Numbered from the stretch's first letter, positions 1-9,020 are shown. The stretch is 64,000 bases of DNA from an uncultured virus (IMG/VR IMGVR_UViG_3300048930_000155) (IMGVR_UViG_3300048930_000155:1-64000); one strand, 5' to 3'. Notes: generated from the letters alone by a model not told the origin. Translations and numbers: made by a program.

Positions 1-436
1 CGGCTAGGTGCCCTTTACTCGCCGCCCAGCGTAGAGCCTCGTCGCCACGGGCCCTAACGTCAGCGCCCTTTTCGACGAGGAACTGCACTACGGCTAGGTG
101 ACCGTAGCGCGCCGCCTCGCATAGCGCATAGTCGTCCCAGGCCCTAACGTCAGCGCTCTTTTCGATTAGGTACTGCACTACGGCTAGGTGCCCGTTATAC
201 GCCGCCTCGCGTAGCGCCTCGTCGTCTTGGGCCCTAACGTCAGCGCCCTTTTCGATAAGGAGCTGCACTACGTCTAGGTGACCGTTATACGCCGCCCTGC
301 GTAGCGCATAGTCGTTATAGGCCCTAACGTTAGCGCCCTTTTCGATTAGGTACTGCACTACGGCTAGGTGACCGTAGCGACTAAACGTGATTAAGTCGTT
401 GTTAAGGACGGTTTTATAACCTATGATTGTCGCCAT
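1..436 (-). CDS. Ankyrin-repeat protein (locus A), 3' end runs off the window; absent from the ORF track
   Basis: ATG at 436 overlaps the upstream stop (TAATG); reads MATIIGYKTVLNNDLITFSRYGHLAVVQYLIEKGANVRAYNDYALRRAAYNGHL...; 90-bp tandem units. Confidence 0.92.
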   Translation of the reverse strand, partial: MATIIGYKTVLNNDLITFSRYGHLAVVQYLIEKGANVRAYNDYALRRAAYNGHLDVVQLLIEKGADVRAQDDEALREAAYNGHLAVVQYLIEKSADVRAWDDYALCEAARYGHLAVVQFLVEKGADVRARGDEALRWAASKGHLA

Positions 437-660
437 TAGCTTTCCGCTCCTGTAATAATAGTTATCATAAACTTATTATAATTTATGCTAATCTTACCGG
501 CTTGCATCCCTACTATATAGGATGTGTTTTTAAGCTTGTCGATAACCTGAGAGGACTTAAGTGCGGTCTCAATGCGGCCCTCGCCAGCAGAAGTATCGAC
601 TACTCTACCCTGTGAATGTAAAAATGTCCTTAAAAAATATTCAGTATAATCAGCGCTCAT
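436..660 (-). CDS. Hypothetical protein
   Basis: ORF in a tight operon; start moved to MSADY at 660 (ATGA overlap with the upstream stop). Confidence 0.7.
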   Translation of the reverse strand: MSADYTEYFLRTFLHSQGRVVDTSAGEGRIETALKSSQVIDKLKNTSYIVGMQAGKISINYNKFMITIITGAES

Positions 661-884
661 GATAGCCCCTTTTCGGCCACTCGCCAAGCCGTCTCAATCT
701 CGTCATATATCTTCAACCACTCCTCATCGGACGGCCTATGGTCCCTCATACTCGGATTAATCATTAGTACGTAGTTTATTACCTTATCCGCGTTCACTAA
801 TTTCCCCGACCAAAATTGCTCGTCTACGTAAGTAGAGAATTCATTAGTATCCAAATATTGTTGTACGATCTCTAGCAATCTCAT
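657..884 (-). CDS. Hypothetical protein
   Basis: GGAG SD; overlapping stop/start with both neighbours. Confidence 0.75.
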   Translation of the reverse strand: MRLLEIVQQYLDTNEFSTYVDEQFWSGKLVNADKVINYVLMINPSMRDHRPSDEEWLKIYDEIETAWRVAEKGLS

Positions 885-1048
885 TTCCTAGTTTCTCCTA
901 AATATTCTATGACAGTTACTACCCCAGCCATTATGAGTACCGCCGGGAGAAGAATGATCGACATGGCTTTTATGAGGAACTCTAAATCCGAAAATACCGC
1001 AAGCATAATAAGCATGATTACGGCCCCTATAACCAGTACTTGTAGCAT
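881..1048 (-). CDS. Small membrane protein
   Basis: Two hydrophobic stretches; start MLQVL lies behind an AAGAAAGG SD in the ankyrin gene tail. Confidence 0.7.
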   Translation of the reverse strand: MLQVLVIGAVIMLIMLAVFSDLEFLIKAMSIILLPAVLIMAGVVTVIEYLGETRK

Positions 1049-1049
1049 A

Positions 1050-1427
1050 TCATTGACCTTTCTTAATAACATTCTTTAAATATTGTACTACGGCTAGGTG
1101 ACCGTAGCGCGCCGCCTCGCGTAGCGCCGCGTCGTCCTGGGCCCTAACGTTAGCGCCCTTTTCGATTAGGTACTGCACTACGGCTAGGTGCCCGTTAATC
1201 GCCGCCCAGCGTAGCGCCTCGTCGTCACGGGCCCTAACGTCAGCGCCCTTTTCGATTAGGTACTGCACTACGGCTAGGTGCCCACTCTCCGCCGCCTCGC
1301 ATAGCGCATAGTCGCCCCAGGCCCTAACGTTAGCGCCCTTTTCGATTAGGTACTGCACTATGGCTAGGTGCCCGAGGCGGCTAAACGTGATTAAGTCGTT
1401 GTTAAGATCGTTTTGAGTATTTTGCAT
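1050..1427 (-). CDS. Ankyrin-repeat protein (locus B)
   Basis: 30-aa repeats GHLAVVQYLIEKGAxVRAxxDxALxxAAxx; 3 variable segments. Confidence 0.95.
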   Translation of the reverse strand: MQNTQNDLNNDLITFSRLGHLAIVQYLIEKGANVRAWGDYALCEAAESGHLAVVQYLIEKGADVRARDDEALRWAAINGHLAVVQYLIEKGANVRAQDDAALREAARYGHLAVVQYLKNVIKKGQ

Positions 1428-1568
1428 TTAAATAAACTCCACTATAATACGCCTTTTCTTAAGCGCTCCTTTATACTTACTAATATTCTTAGCGTTTACA
1501 AGGGTTAGCCTTTTATTAATCTTTAATCTGATCCCTGGGCACTCTCTTGGAACTACGTACTTAATCAT
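1428..1568 (-). CDS. Small basic hypothetical protein (46 aa; not in the ORF track)
   Basis: MIKYVVPRECPGIRLK...IVEFI*; fills the gap exactly with an ATGA overlap and an abutting TAA-ATG. Confidence 0.65.
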   Translation of the reverse strand: MIKYVVPRECPGIRLKINKRLTLVNAKNISKYKGALKKRRIIVEFI

Positions 1569-1807
1569 ACCTTAATAGTCTCTAGCTTAATTATAGGTCG
1601 CTCATCTACCGTAAATCCAGTTATCCTAACTACGTGAATGTCTTTTTTAGACAGGAGCACGTTATTGTGCTTAGACTTAGCCAGGCACTGCTCTATTGAT
1701 TCGTAAGCCTGTGTGCTATCCTTCCATGTACCAGGCTTTGACACTAACTGGTACTGCGTGGGAGTAACATACTCTAGCGCAGTTATGTATATATTACGAT
1801 TTTTCAT
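1565..1807 (-). CDS. Hypothetical protein
   Basis: ORF with SD supplied by the ankyrin C tail. Confidence 0.7.
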   Translation of the reverse strand: MKNRNIYITALEYVTPTQYQLVSKPGTWKDSTQAYESIEQCLAKSKHNNVLLSKKDIHVVRITGFTVDERPIIKLETIKV

Positions 1808-1812
1808 ATATT

Positions 1813-2193
1813 CTAACCTTTCTTAATAACATTCTTTAAATATTGTACTACGGCTAGGTGACCGTTCTCCGCCGCCCAGCGTAGCGCCGCGTCGTTACGG
1901 GCCCGTACGTCGGCTCCCTTTTCGACGAGGTACTGCACTACGTCTAGGTGGCCCTTCTCCGCCGCGTAGCGTAGCGCCGCGTCGTCACGGGCCCTAACGT
2001 TAGCGCCCTTTTCGATTAGGTACTGCACTACGTCTAGGTGCCCATTCTCCGCCGCCTCGCATAGCGCATAGTCGTCCCAGGCCCTAACGTCAGCGCTCTT
2101 TTCGATTAGGTACTGCACTACGGCTAGGTGACCGTAGCGACTAAACGTGATTAAGTCGTTGTTAAGATCGTTTTGACACTCTACTGTTAACAT
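1813..2193 (-). CDS. Ankyrin-repeat protein (locus C)
   Basis: Same 90-bp scaffold; 3 variable segments. Confidence 0.95.
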   Translation of the reverse strand: MLTVECQNDLNNDLITFSRYGHLAVVQYLIEKSADVRAWDDYALCEAAENGHLDVVQYLIEKGANVRARDDAALRYAAEKGHLDVVQYLVEKGADVRARNDAALRWAAENGHLAVVQYLKNVIKKG

Positions 2194-2857
2194 AAAAATA
2201 TTCGCTATCCTTTATCTTTAAAAATTTAGCGCCCGTGAACTCTTTTTTAAGCATAGTACCTACTGTATCGCTCACTTCAATGTAGCCCAGATTCTCCATT
2301 TCAGAGGATCTAACATCTACTTTAAACATTTTCAACACGGCTAATACCTTTTTGATATAATCAGGGTGGATAGAACCATTCCCTTTGCCTTTAATTTGAT
2401 TCATTTGATCTTGTTGAAGTTCAAAAGTGGCATGAGGCATGTTAAGGGGGTCTCGTAAAGAAAGGACCTTAGTATTAGTCCTGTTAGCGTAACTCCCCGC
2501 ACAGTGTCGCATAAGATAGCCTTCTCTTTTAAAGGCATTTTCGCCGACTAACTCTACTAATTTAAATCCGTCGCTAAATCTCTTAAGTACTTTAATGTCG
2601 GCCTCAGATTCTTGGATATGCTCGCCCTTTTTTATGAGGGTCTTATTCCACTTGTCCGTTGCAGCTTTAGCCTGCGCGTAGCTCATTTTCTTAAGTCTAG
2701 TAGGCGCTTTGTCTGACGCTAAAAAGTCCAGAATGTGCTCTATTTCGACCTGATTCTCGGTGCCCTTTTTGATAGTGGCGGCCAGCACAGTCCTAATCCA
2801 ATTCTGAACTTCGGCGCTAGGGTTATTATAGGTCAAGTATTTAGTTAACTGTTGCAT
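2162..2857 (-). CDS. PcfJ-like domain protein
   Basis: Motifs EGYLMRHCAGSY, LSLRD...PHATFE, QIKGKGN. Confidence 0.75.
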   Translation of the reverse strand: MQQLTKYLTYNNPSAEVQNWIRTVLAATIKKGTENQVEIEHILDFLASDKAPTRLKKMSYAQAKAATDKWNKTLIKKGEHIQESEADIKVLKRFSDGFKLVELVGENAFKREGYLMRHCAGSYANRTNTKVLSLRDPLNMPHATFELQQDQMNQIKGKGNGSIHPDYIKKVLAVLKMFKVDVRSSEMENLGYIEVSDTVGTMLKKEFTGAKFLKIKDSEYFYVNSRVSKRS

Positions 2858-2870
2858 TTTATATTCTCCT

Positions 2871-3134
2871 TTAAATAAGAATGTTTTTATTTAGCACATG
2901 CTGCGGGATATACCACAGAATCTGCTCTTCTGAGAGAAGCACTTTACGTGTAGAAAGGCCAGAGTATGATCTAAGCTCTACTTTACCGCCTAATATTTCT
3001 AGTTCGGGGGGATCGCCGGGCAAGTAATTACCGTTGTATACAAGATCAGGTTTACCTCCATAGAATCTAAAGTCTACTTCGAACTCTCTACCGTTATATA
3101 AAAAGCTAGAAGTCATTACACCGGAACGCATCAT
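2871..3134 (-). CDS. Hypothetical protein
   Basis: ORF in operon; PGDPPELEI motif. Confidence 0.7.
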   Translation of the reverse strand: MMRSGVMTSSFLYNGREFEVDFRFYGGKPDLVYNGNYLPGDPPELEILGGKVELRSYSGLSTRKVLLSEEQILWYIPQHVLNKNILI

Positions 3135-3355
3135 GCCTCCTTATTTAAATTTATAGACTTAACCCAAGTTACCGGATCTGTCTTGATAGACACTACGCCA
3201 GTATCTGCTAGATTTTGTAAAAAGTCCACTATTTTTTGTCTAATTTTATGCGTACCTAGTCGTCGTTCTAGTTTAGAGACTAGTTCTACATATAGCGTGC
3301 GTCCTCCTAGTTGAGTTAATATGTCTATAATCATAGATTTAGTTAGCACTTGCAT
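3131..3355 (-). CDS. Hypothetical protein, possibly a small winged-helix fold
   Basis: Start MQVLTK behind AAGGAG in the ankyrin D tail; the fold guess is weak. Confidence 0.65.
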   Translation of the reverse strand: MQVLTKSMIIDILTQLGGRTLYVELVSKLERRLGTHKIRQKIVDFLQNLADTGVVSIKTDPVTWVKSINLNKEA

Positions 3356-3917
3356 TTTTAGACTCCTTAATAACATTCTCTAAATATTGTACTACGGCGA
3401 GGTGACCGTTACCCGCCGCCCAGCGTAGCGCCTCGTCGTCCCAGGCCCTAACGTCGGCGCCCTTTTCGATGAGGTACTGCACTACGGCTAGGTGCCCGTT
3501 ATTCGCCGCCCAGCTTAGCGCCTCGTCGTTACGGGCCCGTACGTCGGCTCCCTTTTCGACGAGGTACTGCACTACGTCTAGGTGCCCGTTATTCGCCGCC
3601 CAGCGTAGCGCCGCGTCGTTACGGGCCCGTACGTCGGCTCCCTTTTCGACGAGGTACTGCACTACGTCTAGGTGGCCCTTCTCCGCCGCGTAGCGTAGCG
3701 CCTCGTCGTTACGGGCCCGTACGTCGGCTCCCTTTTCGACGAGGTACTGCACTACGTCTAGGTGGCCCTTCTCCGCCGCGTAGCGTAGCGCCAAGTCGTC
3801 ACGGGCCCTAACGTCAGCGCCCTTTTCGATGAGGTACTGCACTACGGCTAGGTGCCCGAGGCGGCTAAAGGTAACCAAGTCGCGGTTTAGATCATCTAGT
3901 AATTCTACTGTTAACAT
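3339..3917 (-). CDS. Ankyrin-repeat protein (locus D)
   Basis: 5 variable segments on the shared scaffold. Confidence 0.95.
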   Translation of the reverse strand: MLTVELLDDLNRDLVTFSRLGHLAVVQYLIEKGADVRARDDLALRYAAEKGHLDVVQYLVEKGADVRARNDEALRYAAEKGHLDVVQYLVEKGADVRARNDAALRWAANNGHLDVVQYLVEKGADVRARNDEALSWAANNGHLAVVQYLIEKGADVRAWDDEALRWAAGNGHLAVVQYLENVIKESKNASAN

Positions 3918-4135
3918 ATATGCGCGCTCTCTGATTTAATTTCTATAACCCTTAGGGATAGGCGTACTAAGTTATAAGGTCGCCTAAGTTTAGCAGATAG
4001 GTAGTCAGTTAGTACGTCCTCCGCGGCTAGGGCCGCCATAAGTCTCGGGTCTTCGAAATAATCGTCGCTCTTCAGGGATACCGGCACACTATATAACTTA
4101 CCTGCATATTCTATACCCACTAAATAATCTAACAT
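3911..4135 (-). CDS. Hypothetical protein
   Basis: ORF with G-rich SD, in operon. Confidence 0.7.
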   Translation of the reverse strand: MLDYLVGIEYAGKLYSVPVSLKSDDYFEDPRLMAALAAEDVLTDYLSAKLRRPYNLVRLSLRVIEIKSESAHIC

Positions 4136-4144
4136 GTCCGCCCC

Positions 4145-4621
4145 TTACTCTAGCTCACAGCTAGTCGTTGTTTTAAAGTTACACCCTCTACCATCGGTAG
4201 TAACATAGTTAGTGTTGTCTAGCAGCATAACCAATCTAATTAGACTAGCGTTACCTGGCGAAAAGACCGCATATAATTTCTCATTCACACAGAATAGAAC
4301 CTCTGGATGAGTTGCTGTATTCGCCGTATCTAGACACGGGACCACTGCACTCATGCTAGTATTTTGTCCCGGGTCTCCTTGAGGCCCAGTCTCGCCCTGT
4401 GGCCCAGTTTCTCCTTGAGGACCACCTAAACCCGGCGCCCCTTGCTCCCCATCTTCACCATGTTCAATTAAGTTATCAGGATGGCCCGGGCACCTTATGA
4501 TCACTCCTCGTGAATCTGGTATAGACCGGCATCCTACGGGCTCTGGTGCGCTCACTGATAGTGGATATTCGGTACCGCATCCAGCCAGTGCAGCTAAAAC
4601 AAAAACTCTATTTAGTCCCAT
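4145..4621 (-). CDS. Lipoprotein with short collagen-like Gly-X-Y repeat
   Basis: Lipobox LAGC after a hydrophobic N-terminus; GEQGAPGLGGPQGETGPQGETGPQGDPG; Cys-containing C-terminal domain. Confidence 0.8.
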   Translation of the reverse strand: MGLNRVFVLAALAGCGTEYPLSVSAPEPVGCRSIPDSRGVIIRCPGHPDNLIEHGEDGEQGAPGLGGPQGETGPQGETGPQGDPGQNTSMSAVVPCLDTANTATHPEVLFCVNEKLYAVFSPGNASLIRLVMLLDNTNYVTTDGRGCNFKTTTSCELE

Positions 4622-4799
4622 AAGTCTCCTTAATTATTTTATATAAGTCTTCTAATGTAGGCGCGCTAGTTACATGCCTAAGCTCCGCGCCTGTTTTAGT
4701 GTCCTTTAGGTACAGCGCCCACCCCCAGTCTAGATGCCGTATAGCTAAACTATGTCTATCTAGTATCCTCTGGATAGTGCTAAATGACTCTATGTCCAT
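4608..4799 (-). CDS. Hypothetical protein
   Basis: ORF in operon with SD. Confidence 0.65.
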   Translation of the reverse strand: MDIESFSTIQRILDRHSLAIRHLDWGWALYLKDTKTGAELRHVTSAPTLEDLYKIIKETYGTK

Positions 4800-4801
4800 T
4801 T

Positions 4802-5407
4802 TTAAACACCCTCTCCAGCAGCGTCGGCTATGCTGGCAACAAAGCTGTCTGTCTTTAAAAGCTTATCTAACTGCGTTACTAACTCGAATATAGAGCTAAA
4901 TTCAATGTCTATACTCTTTAAATCGTCGTATTTACGGTGATATGGTGCATCCTTGACGCTAACCGTTAGCCGTATATTAAGTTCATTAGGTCCTGTCAAC
5001 ATAAGATCGGCCCCTATTAATGTCGTAGACTCTGAATCCTCTGCTCTATAATTATCAAAATCGTCTAACTGATCATCCGTCAATTCAGCATCTGCTGGTA
5101 TTTTACGCGCCTCCTTAAAGGCCTCTAAGTTGTATTTATAAAACTCATCTAGGGTCTTGTGTGCGTTTTCGAAGATACCTGACAGAGCGTACTCTGCGTG
5201 TCTGTTGTCTAGATAAGATATAGCCTCTAATCCGCCCTTGTTGTGACTATAAGGCATGAACCCGTCTCTGGATCTGCACTCTAATCGGTCTATTCTGTCG
5301 CGGCTAAAGCCTAGACCCTCTATTAAAAAGTCTCTCAACATTTGCTCTAAGCTATCGGCCTCGCTCGTACTCAACTCAGGCATATCCTCTATTTTAAATG
5401 CGTGCAT
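4802..5407 (-). CDS. Hypothetical acidic protein
   Basis: 201-aa ORF with AAGGA SD. Confidence 0.8.
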   Translation of the reverse strand: MHAFKIEDMPELSTSEADSLEQMLRDFLIEGLGFSRDRIDRLECRSRDGFMPYSHNKGGLEAISYLDNRHAEYALSGIFENAHKTLDEFYKYNLEAFKEARKIPADAELTDDQLDDFDNYRAEDSESTTLIGADLMLTGPNELNIRLTVSVKDAPYHRKYDDLKSIDIEFSSIFELVTQLDKLLKTDSFVASIADAAGEGV

Positions 5408-5953
5408 ACTGGCTTATCCTTTCTTTTGCTTGTTATGTTAGCCACTATATAGCACTATGCTGCTATAGTGTATTAAGTTTATATTAAATCTGCGTTAGGT
5501 CTATTTAAAGCTTTCTGCTTAACTATCAGTTACTTAAGTCTAGGCTAAACTCGCCACTTAAGCTCGTTTTGAATTTAGGGCCTCGACTGCGTAACCTTAA
5601 GCCTAAATTAAGTCTATTCAGCTCTAACTAAAATCAGCTACTTAGCAGAACGGGCCACTAATACGTCTATATAGAATAGATAATCATTATCCATAACATG
5701 TACACATATAAATAGACTGTGTGTAAAGGCTATAGTGAAGACTTAATCATTAGTATAGGGTGTTCTATAGGACATATAGCAAAGTACCGACTATAGGGCG
5801 TATAGAGCGTCTAATAGAGTCTTAAGTCTAGGTGAGTACAGGTGTACTATTCGTTAATCTATTCAAAGCTTTGGATTGAGAGTGAGCGATGAGGTGGAGG
5901 AGTGATGGTTATAGTCACACTCACACCCTCTTCTCCCCCATAAACTCAACTAC

Positions 5954-6142
5954 TTAGCCCTGTCTCAATTCCCAAAGCCTATCCCACAATGCCCGCCTAT
6001 AAGCACTGGCCACTTCTATCCACTCCCCTAGAGCCGCCCGCTCTATCCCCTCAGCCCCTCTATAGGCTATAGTCATCGCATTCAGCTCTAATTGAAGCTC
6101 TACCAGCTCCCCCTGTACTGTACTCATGTCTAAACTATCCAT
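5954..6142 (-). CDS. Hypothetical protein
   Basis: AAGGGGG SD upstream of ATG. Confidence 0.65.
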   Translation of the reverse strand: MDSLDMSTVQGELVELQLELNAMTIAYRGAEGIERAALGEWIEVASAYRRALWDRLWELRQG

Positions 6143-6370
6143 AAATCCCCCTTAGTATTGTCTTTCTAGCATTTAGGCCGTGTCTTACGGCTTAAGTATC
6201 AGTTTTAAATCAGTGATATATCGGTGTAAAAATAACACACTATAGACCTATCATTGCCTATAGGATATACTCTAAACTGGGGTAGAGTGTAGCCCGCCCT
6301 TAATAGCCCGCCTGCCCCCTCTACGCGATATCAACTAGTTACGCAATCACTATACGCGACGCCCGACTAG

Positions 6371-6583
6371 TTACTCTTTGGCGTAGTACTCGCCGTCAGG
6401 TCCTTGCTCTAGTTCTCCGCCTTGTGCCAAAGCATCGGCGTAGTCAGCCGCCCCTACCCTAAAGGCTATGGGGTCCACTACTTTGAGCGCATCCCCTTGC
6501 AAGTACTCATACCCGCCTATTTTGACCGGCGGCAGTTCATTTAAGAAACCCCTGTATAATTCGAATTCGTTAACTCTAGTCAT
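6371..6583 (-). CDS. Small phage early protein
   Basis: ALKVVDPIAFRVGAADY motif of a kind seen in small phage proteins; strong SD. Confidence 0.7.
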   Translation of the reverse strand: MTRVNEFELYRGFLNELPPVKIGGYEYLQGDALKVVDPIAFRVGAADYADALAQGGELEQGPDGEYYAKE

Positions 6584-6668
6584 TTTAAAACCCCCTATCC
6601 TTAATAGTAATATAGTACTGATTCAGGTCAGGCCTGAAACTCCATGATTAGTCTCATACGTTGCCCCC

Positions 6669-6770
6669 TTACTGTACCGCCACAAAGGCGGCTAATTGAA
6701 TGATTGCGTGTCCGACTGCCCCAAAGGCTAAACTCAGTAGCGCTATTGCAATGATTCCGTTGAATGTCAT
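6669..6770 (-). CDS. Small hydrophobic peptide (33 aa; not in the ORF track)
   Basis: AAGGAG-N8-ATG; MTFNGIIAIALLSLAFGAVGHAIIQLAAFVAVQ*. Confidence 0.55.
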   Translation of the reverse strand: MTFNGIIAIALLSLAFGAVGHAIIQLAAFVAVQ

Positions 6771-6839
6771 TTTATTTACTCCTTATAATCTTATAATGCC
6801 CGATTTTTTAGGCCGGGCTAATTAATTTTACGTTAAGAT

Positions 6840-7022
6840 TTAGGCGGCTAACCTCAATACTCCTAGCATGTCGTTAGCTTTGGCCTGCGCTATTTTGCGA
6901 AGTCTGATTAAGTCTTGAACATTGTCTACTAGTCCTGACCGCATGATCTCTACCTCAGTCCCTCTCCACTTAATAAAGAATACAATGTGTTTATGATGGT
7001 ACTTGAACTTGATTGGTTGCAT
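6840..7022 (-). CDS. Hypothetical protein, first gene of the leftward operon
   Basis: AGGAAAGGG SD, downstream of the sigma-54 promoter. Confidence 0.65.
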   Translation of the reverse strand: MQPIKFKYHHKHIVFFIKWRGTEVEIMRSGLVDNVQDLIRLRKIAQAKANDMLGVLRLAA

Positions 7023-7070
7023 ATGTTTATTTCCCTTTCCTATTCTGTTTAGGTCTTATACTTATATACA

Positions 7071-7086
7071 TGCAAGGCGTGTGCCA
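7071..7086 (-). promoter_or_regulatory. Sigma-54 (-24/-12) promoter
   Basis: Minus strand reads TGGCAC-ACGCC-TTGCA, an exact match to TGGCAC-N5-TTGCW, about 50 nt before the first gene of the operon. Confidence 0.75.
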
Positions 7087-7128
7087 AGACTAACTGTTGA
7101 TAATCATTGGATTGTGTAGATCATATGA

Positions 7129-7224
7129 TGTAGAAGTTCTTTACACTTTTATTAAGATTAGGTTAGCCCCGCCTGATAGTCCCATGACTTCAACTACTTA
7201 GCTTAGGTGTAGAAGTTATAGACA
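7129..7224. promoter_or_regulatory. Two TGT-N11-ACA boxes, candidate enhancer-binding-protein sites
   Basis: TGTAGAAGTTCTTTACA (7129-7145) and TGTAGAAGTTATAGACA (7208-7224), upstream of the sigma-54 promoter. Confidence 0.5.
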
Positions 7225-7855
7225 GGTGTCATTAGTTTGGTCGATGGGTCGGTGCATTATTTTGTACATACAATAGACGGCGTGGCGGGCATGGTGTAGA
7301 CTATAGACATGTTAGACTTGAGCAGGAGTATAGACTATAGGCATAGCCTAGGCATAGCTAAGTCTAGGCAAGGCTTGACATAGGGAATAGCCCCCCCCCT
7401 GTGGCCAACGGCACCGTCGTACGGGCCTATTGCCAGACACACACCCCGACCCCTTTTTTAAATCCGGCCCCGAAGTTTAGACCGCCCCCAAACTGAGTAA
7501 CTGCACAAGCGCCCTGCCCCCTCCAAAATCCAGACGGCTATAAGTTTGAGTAACTGCTAGTCGCGACCGTATCATACCTCTAAAGGTATAAACTAGACCT
7601 AAAGCTCTAAAAGCATACCCGCTAGGGTACACTGGACTAGAAGTCTAGGCTAGGTTATAATGGAGCTTAGAGTGACTAAGCTAGTCGAGGCTATATCCAA
7701 AGGTAGCGTAGTTTAGGCTTAGGGCGTATAACGCGCTAGGAAGGCCTAGATTAAACGATTAGCTTAAAGGTAGTACGTAGGTGGCCTAGACTAGGCTACG
7801 CTTAATAGCGGGGCGTATAGGCCGTTTAAATGGGTAATAGCATAAGGAGACGATA

Positions 7856-8143
7856 ATGCAGACTAAAGGTAAAATTATTAACTTGTACGTGCATAGGAAG
7901 ACAGGGGAACTGTATACTCAAGTGAGTACGAGTAACTATAGAATATTGGATTCAAGAGGTAACCCTATTAAAACCCAGCATTTAGAGTTGATAGATTCTT
8001 GGATAGAATTAGATAATGAGGGACTTTTAAGCTCAGGGTTTTGGTATGACCTAGGCCTGTTCACTGCTTTGATAGGGACTATCGTAGGTACCTGTTATTT
8101 AATCGTAAAGGCGTTATTTAATATGCCCCTCCCGCTGACTTAA
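7856..8143 (+). CDS. Hypothetical protein with C-terminal transmembrane segment
   Basis: TAAGGAG SD; hydrophobic C-terminus. Confidence 0.7.
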   Translation: MQTKGKIINLYVHRKTGELYTQVSTSNYRILDSRGNPIKTQHLELIDSWIELDNEGLLSSGFWYDLGLFTALIGTIVGTCYLIVKALFNMPLPLT

Positions 8144-8425
8144 TTTATCAAGCGAGCACTGCATCACTTAAACGGCATGCGCTGACCGCTCCTGCCGTGC
8201 CGCGCCTACCCCCCCCCCCTAGTTATCAGCCTAGTTATGCGCTATTATTAAACTCTAATGGACACTATTCTAGGCCTAGGCATTTACTTTAGCTTCGCTA
8301 TATTCTTTTTAGTTATTATGCCTCAGGCTATGGTGTTTGTATTTCGAGTACTTAACTACGTAGCCTCGATATTAGGCGATAAATAGTACCTTAGGGCTAG
8401 GCCGTAGCTCACAACAAATCTTTAT

Positions 8426-8614
8426 ATGAAGCCTGACGACACTAAAAAACTCTATCAAGATACTAATGGAGATCTTTGGGTAGTGGAGTCTACAGACTAC
8501 TTGTATGCACCTACCGGCATAGTTTACATATTTGAATCAGCTCAAGGTAAGATCTACTCTACCTTCTCACCAGAGACCTTAGGGTACGTTTTAGTCGACG
8601 ACTTTACTGAGTAA
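8426..8614 (+). CDS. Hypothetical protein
   Basis: ORF directly after an AACAAAT motif. Confidence 0.6.
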   Translation: MKPDDTKKLYQDTNGDLWVVESTDYLYAPTGIVYIFESAQGKIYSTFSPETLGYVLVDDFTE

Positions 8615-8623
8615 GGGCACGCT

Positions 8624-8839
8624 TTAAAACTTGACCGTTACCCTGAACTCTCGCTTTGAGTCAGATTTTGAAGCTAATACAAATAAAATCTTATAGTTAT
8701 TATCAACTACGTCAATAAGCTCGTAACCATAGTCGATCTCATTTTGCACGATTTCTTGGAACTTAGATTTAAGTTCGGAGTCGCTACGATCTTGCGTGTC
8801 TATGTACAAGAATTCATAAGTATTAGCTCGTTTTGTCAT
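8624..8839 (-). CDS. Hypothetical protein
   Basis: AAGGA SD. Confidence 0.6.
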   Translation of the reverse strand: MTKRANTYEFLYIDTQDRSDSELKSKFQEIVQNEIDYGYELIDVVDNNYKILFVLASKSDSKREFRVTVKF

Positions 8840-9020
8840 GATTAGTTCCTTTTAATCTAGCTTATAGCAAATTATATTTTGATCTAGCTGCCTAAAGCAC
8901 TTGTAGTTTATCTCTGCAGGATCTATAAGTAGCTGTATTTCTTGTTTAGGAGTAAAGAATAGTGACGCGCATCCTTGCAAGAGGCTTAGCATTAGGCTCA
9001 GCATTACAACGCGCATGGAT

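Noticed and set aside
3469..3693. Antisense ORFs over ankyrin and structural genes (also 62987-63238, 11732-12100, 39137-39754 and similar)
   Set aside because: Shadow frames of GC-rich or biased coding strands; no SD or recognisable motifs.
1..3917. CRISPR array (constant ~45-nt block alternating with variable blocks)
   Set aside because: The period is exactly 90 nt, the variable blocks are homologous to each other, and the array is an open ankyrin reading frame; there is no cas operon.
5410..8420. tRNA genes in the intergenic stretches
   Set aside because: No cloverleaf with a T-loop GTTCRA motif found by eye; tRNAscan-SE would be decisive.
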